From: Candidatus Aenigmatarchaeota archaeon
GTDB lineage: Archaea > Aenigmatarchaeota > Aenigmatarchaeia > CG10238-14 > SCSR01
Direction: 5' to 3'
NCBI GenBank assembly: GCA_039090665.1
Contig: JAWCSL010000002.1
Coordinates: 12,052 to 76,051, forward strand
Length of the DNA: 64,000 nt
The position numbers and the translations under genes were made by a program. The notes below the pieces were generated by a model. It saw only the letters and a list, made by a program, of their open reading frames with translations, was not told the DNA's origin and did not search any database. Of this stretch, positions 29,166 through 39,152 are shown one piece after another (the first letter of the stretch is position 1; every line of letters begins with the position of its first letter).

Positions 29166-32100
29166 ATGAAAAAATGGCTTGTCTTTATATTTTTAACATT
29201 ATTTTTGCTACCTTCTGTAGGTTTTGCAGTTGATTGTGATTATGATTGTAGACATCGTGGTGGAATAGGAGAATGTACAGGTTGGGCATATTCTTCCTGT
29301 TCATCAGGTTATATAGAAGGAAAGGGAAGTTGTAAGGGTTGGTGGGTTTTTACACCAAAATGCTGTTGTCGACCTGTGATTACCGTATCACATTCACCGA
29401 CTCAAGTAACTAATAAAGATAAAGTTACATATACTGCTAAACTCTTGGTTAGTATGCCCATAACACAATTATCAATTATAGTAAAAAGTGACGCTGGAAG
29501 CAGTATGAATTCTTGCACGTCTTCCGAGTGCTCTTTAACAGCCGGGCCATATAAGGCAGGCACTACTGTTATTTACCAAGCTATTGTAAATCCTGTAATG
29601 GGAGGTTCAATCTTTACAGAGGAAAAATCTTTCACAGTAGGGGCAACGAAAGAATGTGATCGTAATAAGTGGAGTGAATGTGTTGTAGACTGTAAAAACA
29701 AATGTGGGATTTTAAAAGGAACAGAGAGAAATGAATGTGGTGAAGAAAGAGGATGTAGTAAAGACTGTGGAAGCTGCCCATCTGGTTATGAATGTAGAAA
29801 TAATAGATGTGAAAAGATTGGGGAAGAGGCTCCTATAACCACATGTGCTAGAAGCAATCCTAGTATTAGCGTTAACCCTTCCTCTTATACAGCAACTGCA
29901 GGTACTGAAAAAGAATACGAAGTGACAGTTAAAAATAATAATCAGAATTGTAAGGATAGTGTTTTTATCCTTGAAGCTTCTTGTCCACCAGGCTGGGATT
30001 GTTCTTGGTCTCCATCTTCACTTACAATATCTTCTGGATCGTCTGCAAAATCCACACTAAAGGTTAGATCTTCTGCAAAAGAATCCCCAGGATTATTTAG
30101 AATAAAAATTGTTGTTTCAGACAAAGAGTCATCTGTTTATAGAGCATCAACTTATGTAGACTATATGGTTTTTTCAGGACAACAACCTTCCTTAGGAAGA
30201 GAAGAAGGAGAAGCCCTCTCAGTGACTACCACAATCCCATCTTGCCCAATCTGTTCCCAACCATCTCAACTCCCCTGTCAATGTGGTAATAGTAGAGTTG
30301 ACTGTGCTTACGGCTATTGTTATTGTTCTGCCAAAGGCCAGGTTCATTACTCTATACAGGATTGTGAAAAGGCTAGCAATTATCTAACCCTCTCTTTAAG
30401 CCCGAGCAAATCAACTTATGCTCCAAATGAAGAAATAACAGTCAACGTTGAGGGTTATGCTTTTAACCAAATAGGTGGAATTTACATTTATGATGTTCAA
30501 GGATCTTCTACTTCGACAACCTATTGTGGAGAATTTCAAGCAGCAAATAGGCCGGTAAAATGTAGCCAAAAAATAAGCTTCCCTTCAGAAGCATCTAGGA
30601 TTTGTGTGAAGGCAAAGATGCATGTTTACTACTACAACTATGATGTATACTCGAATGAAGTTTGCTTCCAAGTCAAAACCCCCACCCCAGATACTACCCC
30701 ACCTTCTACCTATATCTCACCCAATGGCAATTCATGGACAAATAAAGATATTAGCTTCACTTTAAGTTGTAGCGACTCTAATTCAGGTTGCTCCGAAACA
30801 AGATATTCTATCATCGATTCAACTGACAATTGTCCTTACTATGAGAACTTAGCTAATAAAGGAATGCAAGGCACAATTGCTTGTCCATCATCTCAAGTTT
30901 GTAAAAAAGTAGTTTGTTATGCAAGCAAAGACAATGCGGGCAACATTGAAGTAATAAGAAGAAGCAATATTTTCTACATAGACAAAATACCGCCCACAAT
31001 TGACATAAAAATTTCAGAATCTTTACCAACAATCAATACTAGAGTTGCTTTCATTGCTACAGGAAGCGATGCAGATTCTGGAGTAGATTACATAGAAATA
31101 TTTGTAGATGATATTTCACGCTATAAATGTGCTTCTACTTCGTGTACTTATTTGGGTGAGCCTTATCCAGTGGGAACTCACACATATTTTGGGGCAATTA
31201 AAGATAAAGCAGGGAATTATGTTCAAACGTCTAAAAAGACTTTTACAGTTATGCAATCACCTCCTTGTACAGGCTCAATTTCCCTGAAATTATCACCAAA
31301 TCCTGCTCAAACAAGCTCAAAAGTGACAGCCACAGTCTCAGGATTAGTTTACTGTGATAATAGAGAAGTTAAAATTATTAAACCCGATAGAACAACACTT
31401 ACTTGTAAAGTTTCAGGTTCAGGTTGTTCAGTAAGTTTTGACGCTCCTAGCACTGAAGGAGAATATGTTTATTATGCTGGAGTTGATATTAACGGAGATA
31501 TGGATACTTCGGATGAAGGTGAGACTTCCTCTGCAGTTTTGAAGGTAAGTAAGCCAACTCAAATCCCATCTTGCCCAATCTGTTCCCAACCATCTCAACT
31601 CCCCTGTCAATGTGGTAATAGTAGAGTTGACTGTGCTTACGGCTATTGTTATTGTTCTGCCAAAGGCCAGGTTCATTACTCTATACAGGATTGTGAAAAG
31701 GCTAGCAATTATCTAACCCTCTCTTTAAGCCCGAGCAAATCAACTTATGCTCCAAATGAAGAAATAACAGTCAACGTTGAGGGTTATGCTTTTAACCAAA
31801 TAGGTGGAATTTACATTTATGATGTTCAAGGATCTTCTACTTCGACAACCTATTGTGGAGAATTTCAAGCAGCAAATAGGCCGGTAAAATGTAGCCAAAA
31901 AATAAGCTTCCCTTCAGAAGCATCTAGGATTTGTGTGAAGGCAAAGATGCATGTTTACTACTACAACTATGATGTATACTCGAATGAAGTTTGCTTCCAA
32001 GTCAAAACCCCCACCCCAGATACTACTCTTATTCAAACATCTCTTTCCCAATCAGTTTATCCGCCAAGCCCCCAACCCCAAGGCACCACAGTAATTTTTC

Positions 32101-32594
32101 TGTGTGACTATACTGCCAACAACCAAGATGTTACAGGGGCAACTTGTTATGTGAACATAGATGGAAAATCCTATTCAACAACTTATGGACAATATGTAAG
32201 TGGTGGCTATTATGCTTATGGTTATTCCACATCTTCCCTTTCAGCAGGCACTCACTCTTGGTATTGCAGCTGCTCTAAATCAGGCTACCAAAGCCAAGTA
32301 GGAAGCACACAAAGTTACACAATTACCTCAGTCTCTACAACCACCACAACCTCACCGCCTTACACACCTTGTCCTTCAGGCTATAGCTGCGTTCCAAGCT
32401 ACGGTGTTTCAAACTTTTGTCAAGGTTGTGGGTATAGTGGAATGAGGTGTGATTGTCAAGGTCAAACAAGAGCTTGCAATCAAAACGGTGACAACTACTG
32501 TTGCAGATGTGTCAGATATAGTTCTCAACCTGTGCCAGCCGGAATTTTAAGCAGCTTGTGGGACTTCATCAAAAGCATCTTTGGTATACAATAG
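29166..32594 (+). CDS. giant secreted cysteine-rich surface protein (1142 aa) with an internal tandem duplication
   Basis: Signal peptide MKKWLVFIFLTLFLLPSVGFA; many Cys clusters (CGSCPSGYECRNNRCEK, C-terminal CPSGYSCVP...CDCQGQTRAC); Thr-rich linkers. Confidence 0.75.
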   Translation: MKKWLVFIFLTLFLLPSVGFAVDCDYDCRHRGGIGECTGWAYSSCSSGYIEGKGSCKGWWVFTPKCCCRPVITVSHSPTQVTNKDKVTYTAKLLVSMPITQLSIIVKSDAGSSMNSCTSSECSLTAGPYKAGTTVIYQAIVNPVMGGSIFTEEKSFTVGATKECDRNKWSECVVDCKNKCGILKGTERNECGEERGCSKDCGSCPSGYECRNNRCEKIGEEAPITTCARSNPSISVNPSSYTATAGTEKEYEVTVKNNNQNCKDSVFILEASCPPGWDCSWSPSSLTISSGSSAKSTLKVRSSAKESPGLFRIKIVVSDKESSVYRASTYVDYMVFSGQQPSLGREEGEALSVTTTIPSCPICSQPSQLPCQCGNSRVDCAYGYCYCSAKGQVHYSIQDCEKASNYLTLSLSPSKSTYAPNEEITVNVEGYAFNQIGGIYIYDVQGSSTSTTYCGEFQAANRPVKCSQKISFPSEASRICVKAKMHVYYYNYDVYSNEVCFQVKTPTPDTTPPSTYISPNGNSWTNKDISFTLSCSDSNSGCSETRYSIIDSTDNCPYYENLANKGMQGTIACPSSQVCKKVVCYASKDNAGNIEVIRRSNIFYIDKIPPTIDIKISESLPTINTRVAFIATGSDADSGVDYIEIFVDDISRYKCASTSCTYLGEPYPVGTHTYFGAIKDKAGNYVQTSKKTFTVMQSPPCTGSISLKLSPNPAQTSSKVTATVSGLVYCDNREVKIIKPDRTTLTCKVSGSGCSVSFDAPSTEGEYVYYAGVDINGDMDTSDEGETSSAVLKVSKPTQIPSCPICSQPSQLPCQCGNSRVDCAYGYCYCSAKGQVHYSIQDCEKASNYLTLSLSPSKSTYAPNEEITVNVEGYAFNQIGGIYIYDVQGSSTSTTYCGEFQAANRPVKCSQKISFPSEASRICVKAKMHVYYYNYDVYSNEVCFQVKTPTPDTTLIQTSLSQSVYPPSPQPQGTTVIFLCDYTANNQDVTGATCYVNIDGKSYSTTYGQYVSGGYYAYGYSTSSLSAGTHSWYCSCSKSGYQSQVGSTQSYTITSVSTTTTTSPPYTPCPSGYSCVPSYGVSNFCQGCGYSGMRCDCQGQTRACNQNGDNYCCRCVRYSSQPVPAGILSSLWDFIKSIFGIQ
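30233..30697 (+). repeat. direct repeat copy 1 (465 bp, 100% identical to 31562..32026)
   Basis: Base-by-base comparison of the two segments; offset 1329 nt (443 codons, in frame). Confidence 0.95.
31562..32026 (+). repeat. direct repeat copy 2 (465 bp)
   Basis: Identical to 30233..30697. Confidence 0.95.
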
Positions 32595-32627
32595 AACTTT
32601 TTATTTAGCCTAAAAATAAATTCAATT

Positions 32628-33066
32628 ATGGTCAAAGATCAAAAATCTCCCATTATTCTATTAATTCTGTTATTCTCATTTCTCGCTATAACATTTCTTT
32701 AAAAAACCAGAAATCTCTACAAAAGAAACAAGCACAACAACTTTACCACAATGCAGATTTGATGAAGAAACACAAAAATGTGTAGGGTCTTGCGGTGAAG
32801 GCTTTGAGTGCAGAATTTCACCTCTGGCAGTTCTCCCACCTGTCTGTGAGTGCTTCCCAACTACTACCACAACAACACATGCTGAATTGCCTGCAAGCAA
32901 ATACAGCGGAACTAATTCTCGCGTTTGTAGCTATGGTTTCAAGTATGATTGTTTGATCTCCAAGTGTTGCTATTGGGATTCAAATCTCTCCAAATGCAAA
33001 CCTAGACCTCGCTCAGATATAGAAACAAATTATTGCATAAGCTGTGGTTGTATTTTATCTCAATAA
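32628..33066 (+). pseudogene. small secreted Cys-rich protein, frameshifted after the signal peptide; paralog of the C-terminal region of the giant protein
   Basis: MVKDQKSPIILLILLFSFLAITFL stops at 32700 (cttTAAaaaaacc); the +1 frame continues KKPEISTKETSTTTLPQCRFDEETQKCVGSCGEGFECR...TTTTTT...CCYWDSNLSKCKP to the stop at 33066. Confidence 0.45.
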
Positions 33067-34505
33067 GATTTGGCCAAATAAACAACTTCCTTTGCTTCTT
33101 TCCCACAATAAATACAATTAGAAAATATTTTTTCTTTTTTGAATGGAATTATTCTGATAGTTGCTCCAGTTTCTTCTTTTATTTTTTCTTCACAACTCTC
33201 TTCACCACACCAACACACTTTTAAAAAACCACCCTTTTCTTCCAGAATTTTTTTGAATTCTTCATAGTCTTTTGGAGTGAAAGTGTTTTTCCTTAAAAAC
33301 TCCTTTGCTTTCTTGAACAAGTTTTCTTGTATCTTTTCCATCAGCTCAAAGATTTTCTTAACAGTTTGCTTATCTTTCACAACAATTCTTTTAGACTCGT
33401 CTCTTCTGACAAGCGTCACTTGTTTTTTGCTCAAATCTTTTGGTCCAATCTCAACCCTTATAGGAACTCCTTTTAATTCCCATTCATTGAATTTCCAACC
33501 AGGAGTGTAAATTTCCCTATCATCTAGCAAAGCCGAAATACCAGCCTTTTTCAATTCCTCCAAAACTTCTTTAGCTTTTTTCAAAACTTTTCTTTTTTCC
33601 ACTTCTTTATAAAATATAGGCACGATCACAACTTGAATAGGTGCAATTTTGGGTGGCAAAATTAAACCTTTATCATCTCCATGTACCATAACTAAAGCTC
33701 CAATTAAACGAGTAGAGATGCCCCAGCTAGTTTGCCAAACATAATTTTCTTTACCATTCTTATCCATAAACTTTATTTTGAAAGCTTTTGAAAAATTTTG
33801 ACCCAAATTGTGAGAAGTACCCATCTGTAAAGCTTTACCATCTGGCATAAGTGCTTCTAGGGTTGTGGTGTAGAGAGCCCCAGCAAACTTTTCTTTTTCA
33901 CTCTTTTTTCCCACAAGCACGGGAATAGCTAAATATTTTTCCATGAGCTCTTGATAAAGTTTTAAAATCTTCATCACTTCTTCATCAGCTTCTTCTTTTG
34001 TTTTGTGAGCTGTATGACCTTCTTGCCATAAGAACTCACTTGTTCTTATAAAAGGTTTTGTTGATTTTATTTCGGCCCTTGTTATATTGCACCATTGATT
34101 CAAAAGAACAGGCAAATCTCTCCAGCTTCTTATCCATTTAGAATAAAAATGGTAAATTATTGTTTCCGAGGTTGGTCTTATTGCAAGCCTTTCACCAAGC
34201 TTGTTATCTCCAGAATGTGTCACCCAAAAAACTTCTGGGACAAATCCTTTAAAATGTTCAGCTTCTTTCTTCAAGAAGCTTTCTGGTATTAGTAAAGGGA
34301 AGTAAGCATTTTTGTGTCCAGAGTCTTTCAACATTTTGTCAAAAATTTGATGAATTTTTTCCCATATTTCAAATCCATATTCTCTTATAGCCATCGTGCC
34401 TTGAACTGGACCATAATCAGCTAAGCCAGATTTCAAAACCACTTGAGAATACCATTCTGAAAAGTTCTCTGATTTTTTTACAGTAATTCCTTCTTGCTCA
34501 CTCAT
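33060..34505 (-). CDS. proS: prolyl-tRNA synthetase (archaeal/eukaryotic type)
   Basis: Class II motifs; C-terminal zinc-binding CWCGEESCEEK...CIYCG; 481 aa. Confidence 0.85.
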   Translation of the reverse strand: MSEQEGITVKKSENFSEWYSQVVLKSGLADYGPVQGTMAIREYGFEIWEKIHQIFDKMLKDSGHKNAYFPLLIPESFLKKEAEHFKGFVPEVFWVTHSGDNKLGERLAIRPTSETIIYHFYSKWIRSWRDLPVLLNQWCNITRAEIKSTKPFIRTSEFLWQEGHTAHKTKEEADEEVMKILKLYQELMEKYLAIPVLVGKKSEKEKFAGALYTTTLEALMPDGKALQMGTSHNLGQNFSKAFKIKFMDKNGKENYVWQTSWGISTRLIGALVMVHGDDKGLILPPKIAPIQVVIVPIFYKEVEKRKVLKKAKEVLEELKKAGISALLDDREIYTPGWKFNEWELKGVPIRVEIGPKDLSKKQVTLVRRDESKRIVVKDKQTVKKIFELMEKIQENLFKKAKEFLRKNTFTPKDYEEFKKILEEKGGFLKVCWCGEESCEEKIKEETGATIRIIPFKKEKIFSNCIYCGKEAKEVVYLAKSY

Positions 34506-34545
34506 ACTTAAAATTATTCTAACTTTTATATAAAATAAAATTGAT

Positions 34546-35493
34546 ATGAGGTTTAGGTTTAGACCAAGCTATTTGAAGTTGATTGAATCAGGAAAGATGG
34601 AAGAAAGAATAGAAAAACTTTACAAGATTTTGGAGAAATGTGAGCTATGTCCAAGGAAATGTCATATAAACAGACTTGTTGGAGAAAAAGGAGTTTGTCG
34701 ATCTGGCTTGAAGCTAAAAATTTCTAGTTTTTTTCCACATTTTGGTGAGGAAGATGTTTTGGTTGGAACTCATGGTTCTGGTACAATTTTTTTATCCAAT
34801 TGTAGTTTGAGATGTGTGTATTGCCAAAATTACGAGATTTCTCATTTGGGGGAAGGAAAAGAGTTTTCAGAAGAAGAAGTTTCTGAGATGATGTTAAGCT
34901 TGCAAAAAATGGGTTGTCATAACATTAATCTTGTAACACCAACTCATTTTGCTCCCCAGCTCGTCAAAGCTATAAAAATTGCTGGTGAAAAAGGTTTAAG
35001 GTTACCAATAGTTTGGAATTGTGGTGGTTATGAGAATGTTAAAGTTATCAAACTACTTGACGGAATAGTTGATATTTATATGCCAGATATTAAATATGGA
35101 AGCAACGAAGGAGCTAAGAAATATTCTGACCCACCAGTCCAAGATTATTGGGACAGATGTAAAGAAGCGGTAAAAGAAATGTATCACCAAGTTGGAGATC
35201 TGAAAGTTGAAAATGGCTTGGCTATAAGAGGTTTGTTGATAAGACATTTAGTTTTACCCAACAACATAGCAGAAACTTTCAATGTTCTAAATTTCATAGC
35301 AAAAGAAATTTCCCCAAACAGCTATGTAAACATAATGTCTCAATACTATCCAGCAGGAAAAGTTTTGCTTAAACCAGAAAAGTATCCTGAACTCACGAAA
35401 AGTATAAGAGAGGATTATAAAAAGGCAATAGAGCTAGCTTTCAAGTTTAATTTGATAAGAGGTTTGGAAGAAAGACAGCTCAAAAGAATTTAA
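34546..35493 (+). CDS. radical SAM protein (PflA/AmrS-like)
   Basis: CSLRCVYCQN (CxxxCxxC) plus an upstream Cys cluster CELCPRKCH. Confidence 0.7.
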   Translation: MRFRFRPSYLKLIESGKMEERIEKLYKILEKCELCPRKCHINRLVGEKGVCRSGLKLKISSFFPHFGEEDVLVGTHGSGTIFLSNCSLRCVYCQNYEISHLGEGKEFSEEEVSEMMLSLQKMGCHNINLVTPTHFAPQLVKAIKIAGEKGLRLPIVWNCGGYENVKVIKLLDGIVDIYMPDIKYGSNEGAKKYSDPPVQDYWDRCKEAVKEMYHQVGDLKVENGLAIRGLLIRHLVLPNNIAETFNVLNFIAKEISPNSYVNIMSQYYPAGKVLLKPEKYPELTKSIREDYKKAIELAFKFNLIRGLEERQLKRI

Positions 35494-35526
35494 ATAACTT
35501 CGGTTTCATACTTTAAGTAGGGTGTC

Positions 35527-36804
35527 ATGAAGATAGCAGTTCTTTCAGACTTTCATTTTGGCTTTTCTTTTAGCCCAGAGCTAGAAGATGATAGTTTTGA
35601 AAATGCGGAAGAAGCTATAGAAAAAGCTTTGGAAGCAGATTTGATTTTAATTCTGGGCGACATTTTTGATTCCAGAGTACCAAAAACACAGACATGGGCA
35701 AAAGCTATGAAAGTTTTAGTCAAACCTTTACTTGAAGAAAATAAGGAAGTAAAGTTGATAAGCTCTTCAAAAGAATTGAAAAAAGCCTCTACAAGAACTC
35801 TAAACCATTTACCTGTAGTAGCAATTCATGGTACACATGAAAGAAAGGGAAGGGGTGAGTTGAATGCAGTTGAAGTTCTGGAGAATGCGGGTTTATTGAT
35901 TCATTTACATTGTCAAACAATTGTTTTTGAAAAAAATGGGATTAAAGTTGCAATTCATGGGATGTCTGGCGTGCCGGAAAGATTTGCAAAAGATGTCCTT
36001 CAACAATGGAATCCCCAGCCAATAAAAGATAGCTACAACATCTTGCTACTCCACCAAAGTATTGACCCTTACATTTATTCGCCTCTCGAACCACCAACAA
36101 TATCTGTTTCTAACTTACCAAAAGGATTTGATTTGATAATAGATGGACACATTCACCAACACGGAGAATATAAGATTAACGGAACAACTTTGTTATTTCC
36201 AGGTAGTACAATAGTAACACAGTTTGAAAAAACTGAAAGTGAGATTGAGAAAGGATTTTATTTTGTTGAGTTAACTGATAAAATAAAAATTGAGTTTATA
36301 CCTCTTGAAAAAGACAGGAAATTTTTCTATGAGGAAATTCAGCTAACAGAAAATTCCCCAAAAGAACAAATAGAAATTAAGATAGAAGAAATCTTGAAAA
36401 ACAATTTCCTTAAACCACCAATAATAAGATTAAAACTTCAGGGCAAAGGTATAGAAATTCTGGACCAGGATTTAAAAATTTTGGAAAGAAAGTACGCGGG
36501 AAAAGCTTTTATAATTTTTGCTAAAGAGTTCGAATCCCCAGAGATTCAGAGAAAAACTGAGTTCTTAAGAGCTTTGAGAGAACAAAGGCTTTCAGTTGAA
36601 GATATAGGTATGGAAATTTTTAGGAAAAATTTGGAAGAGCTGAACTTTTCTTCATCTTTTGATTTTGATCATGTTTTCAGATTGTTGAGTGAGGGTGAAG
36701 TAGAAAAAACTTTTAATATTCTTATGGGAGACCAAAAAACATTAGAAGGAATTTTGAAGAAATCTCTGAAAGATTTTGGTGTTGGTGATGATAACAAAAG
36801 TTGA
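35527..36804 (+). CDS. mre11: DNA double-strand-break repair nuclease Mre11
   Basis: Calcineurin-like phosphoesterase motifs DFHFG, GDIFD, GTHE, GHIH; 425 aa; overlaps rad50. Confidence 0.8.
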   Translation: MKIAVLSDFHFGFSFSPELEDDSFENAEEAIEKALEADLILILGDIFDSRVPKTQTWAKAMKVLVKPLLEENKEVKLISSSKELKKASTRTLNHLPVVAIHGTHERKGRGELNAVEVLENAGLLIHLHCQTIVFEKNGIKVAIHGMSGVPERFAKDVLQQWNPQPIKDSYNILLLHQSIDPYIYSPLEPPTISVSNLPKGFDLIIDGHIHQHGEYKINGTTLLFPGSTIVTQFEKTESEIEKGFYFVELTDKIKIEFIPLEKDRKFFYEEIQLTENSPKEQIEIKIEEILKNNFLKPPIIRLKLQGKGIEILDQDLKILERKYAGKAFIIFAKEFESPEIQRKTEFLRALREQRLSVEDIGMEIFRKNLEELNFSSSFDFDHVFRLLSEGEVEKTFNILMGDQKTLEGILKKSLKDFGVGDDNKS

Positions 36805-39151
36805 ACTTAAGAACTGGCGTTCACATTTGGAATCCAAATTTGATTTTTCTCCAGGCACAAACATATTACTAGGAAGCATAGGCTCTGGAAAATCTTCTGT
36901 TCTTGATGCTATTTGTTTTGCCTTTTTTGGGACTTTCCCTACTCTTCAATCGAAAAAGATAAAGTTAGATGATGTTATCATGAAAAAGCCAGTAGAAAAA
37001 AATAGAGCAGAAGTTGAAGTCCATTTCCAATCAAATGGAAAGAATTATGTGGTCAAAAGAATTATAGAAAAGGGTAAAGGCACAACTTATTCTGAGATAA
37101 GAGAAGAAGGAAAATTACTTGAAGCTCCAAATACACAAAGGGTTACAGAAAAAGTGGAAGAAATTTTAAAAATTGATTATGAACTTTTCAGTAAAGCGAT
37201 TTATTCTGAGCAAAATGCTTTAGATTATTTCTTGACAATACCAAAAGGTCAAAGAATGAAAAAAATAGACGAACTTCTAGCCATAGATAGATTTGAAAAA
37301 GCTAGGGCAGCAGCAGTAACTTTAATCAATAGAATTGCTGATAGAAAATTTGGATTAGAAAGTATAATAACACAGATTGATGAAGAGGAACTAAGAAAAA
37401 GCATTTTTGAGTTGGAAAATATGATAAAAAAGCTTATTTTAGAAAAAGAAAGTTTGAAAAAAGATTTAGAAAAAATAAGTGAAGAAAGGGCAAATCTTGA
37501 GAAAGAGCTACGAGAATTAAAGAAAATGAAAGAAACATTGGAAAATTTGAAGAGAGAAGAAAGAGGAAAGGAAACGGTTCTAGAAGAGACTTCGAGAGCA
37601 ATAAAATCAATTGAAGATGCAGTAAAAGGATTTTCAAAAGAGGAAATTCAAAAAACTCTTAAAGAGCTAGAAGAATTTGAAAAAAGGCTGGATGAAGAAA
37701 AAAAGCAAAAGAAAGAAGCTTATGAAAAGCAATTTTCCGAAATTTCTCAAGCTAATAGCAAGAAATTTTTCTATGAAGAAAAAATCTCAGAACTCAGACC
37801 AAGGCTTGCTGAAAAAATCGAACTAAAGAAAAAAATTGATCAATTGCTAAGCATGACAGGAGAAAATATAGAAGAACAATTAGAAAAAACAAAAACAGAA
37901 ATAGATAAAATAAACTTTGAAATTTCTTCCACAACTACAATGATAAATGATTTGAATTCTTTCATCCAACATCTTTCATCTCCAATTAACAAATGTCCTG
38001 TTTGTGATTCAACATTGACTCAAGAAAGGAAGGATTTTTTGATAAAACAAAAACAAGATCAGTTGAAGAAACTGGAAGATAAGCTTGAAAATCTAATGGT
38101 TAGCAAGCAAAATATGGGTGAAACTTTGAAAAGGCTTGAAGATTCTGCTAAGAAAATAAGCGAGATGCATATCCAAACAAAAGATATACCAGAGATTCAA
38201 AGAGAGCTTGAAAATTTGGAAAATAATTTAGTTCAAATCATTTCTTTCTTATCTCAAAATGAGAAAATCTTAGAGAATTTTAAAAGCGATCTGGAACAAA
38301 TAGATAAGCAGATAAAAGAAAATGAAAACAAGAAGAAAAAGTATGAAATACTATTGATACAACTTGAAGATTTAGAAGAAAAGAAGAAAAGAAGTGAAGT
38401 GTTAAAGAAGGAAATAGAAGAAATCAGGTTAAGGATGAAAGAAATAGAAGTAAAACTTGAGGGCAAGGATTTAACAAGAATTGAAGAATTTCTCAAGTCA
38501 ATTATAAGTAAAGAAAGTGAGATAAAGACAAGGATTGAGTCTTATGATTCTTTTATTCAAGAAAAAGAGTTGAGGAAAAAAGAATTTGAAGAAAAACTGA
38601 AAAATTTGGAAAAACAGAAGAAAGAAATCAAAAGATTAGAGAAGCTTATAAGAGACCTAGAAATTTTCACTCTTGCTCTTCAACAAACACAAATTGAGCT
38701 GAGGAGCAATTTCGTGGAAGCGGTAAATTATACTATGGATAAGCTTTGGGGAACTCTTTATCCGTATCATGACTTTATTTCCGTTAGATTGAATGCAGAA
38801 GAAGGAGACTATGTTTTACAATTGCAAGGAAGAGACGGAAATTGGATGAATGTTGAAGGCATAGCTTCTGGTGGTGAAAGAAGCATAGCTTGTCTTGCTT
38901 TGAGAATAGCTTTTGCTCTTGTGCTTGCGCCAACCATGAGAATGATCTTTCTAGATGAACCAAGTCACAATTTGGATCAAGTTTCGTTAAAAGTTTTTGC
39001 TACAACTTTGAAAGAAAAAATAAACGAATTTATTGATCAAGTTTTCTTGATAACACATCAGTCTGAACTAGAAGATGCATTGACAGGCAACGGTTATTTG
39101 CTGGAAAGAGATAAAGAAAAGGATGGTGTGACAAGGGTAGTTGCTTTATAA
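36788..39151 (+). CDS. rad50: DNA repair ATPase Rad50
   Basis: Walker A GSIGSGKSS, long coiled coil with a CPVCDS zinc hook, signature SGGE, Walker B FLDEPSHNLD. Confidence 0.85.
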   Translation: MITKVELKNWRSHLESKFDFSPGTNILLGSIGSGKSSVLDAICFAFFGTFPTLQSKKIKLDDVIMKKPVEKNRAEVEVHFQSNGKNYVVKRIIEKGKGTTYSEIREEGKLLEAPNTQRVTEKVEEILKIDYELFSKAIYSEQNALDYFLTIPKGQRMKKIDELLAIDRFEKARAAAVTLINRIADRKFGLESIITQIDEEELRKSIFELENMIKKLILEKESLKKDLEKISEERANLEKELRELKKMKETLENLKREERGKETVLEETSRAIKSIEDAVKGFSKEEIQKTLKELEEFEKRLDEEKKQKKEAYEKQFSEISQANSKKFFYEEKISELRPRLAEKIELKKKIDQLLSMTGENIEEQLEKTKTEIDKINFEISSTTTMINDLNSFIQHLSSPINKCPVCDSTLTQERKDFLIKQKQDQLKKLEDKLENLMVSKQNMGETLKRLEDSAKKISEMHIQTKDIPEIQRELENLENNLVQIISFLSQNEKILENFKSDLEQIDKQIKENENKKKKYEILLIQLEDLEEKKKRSEVLKKEIEEIRLRMKEIEVKLEGKDLTRIEEFLKSIISKESEIKTRIESYDSFIQEKELRKKEFEEKLKNLEKQKKEIKRLEKLIRDLEIFTLALQQTQIELRSNFVEAVNYTMDKLWGTLYPYHDFISVRLNAEEGDYVLQLQGRDGNWMNVEGIASGGERSIACLALRIAFALVLAPTMRMIFLDEPSHNLDQVSLKVFATTLKEKINEFIDQVFLITHQSELEDALTGNGYLLERDKEKDGVTRVVAL

Positions 39152-39152
39152 C

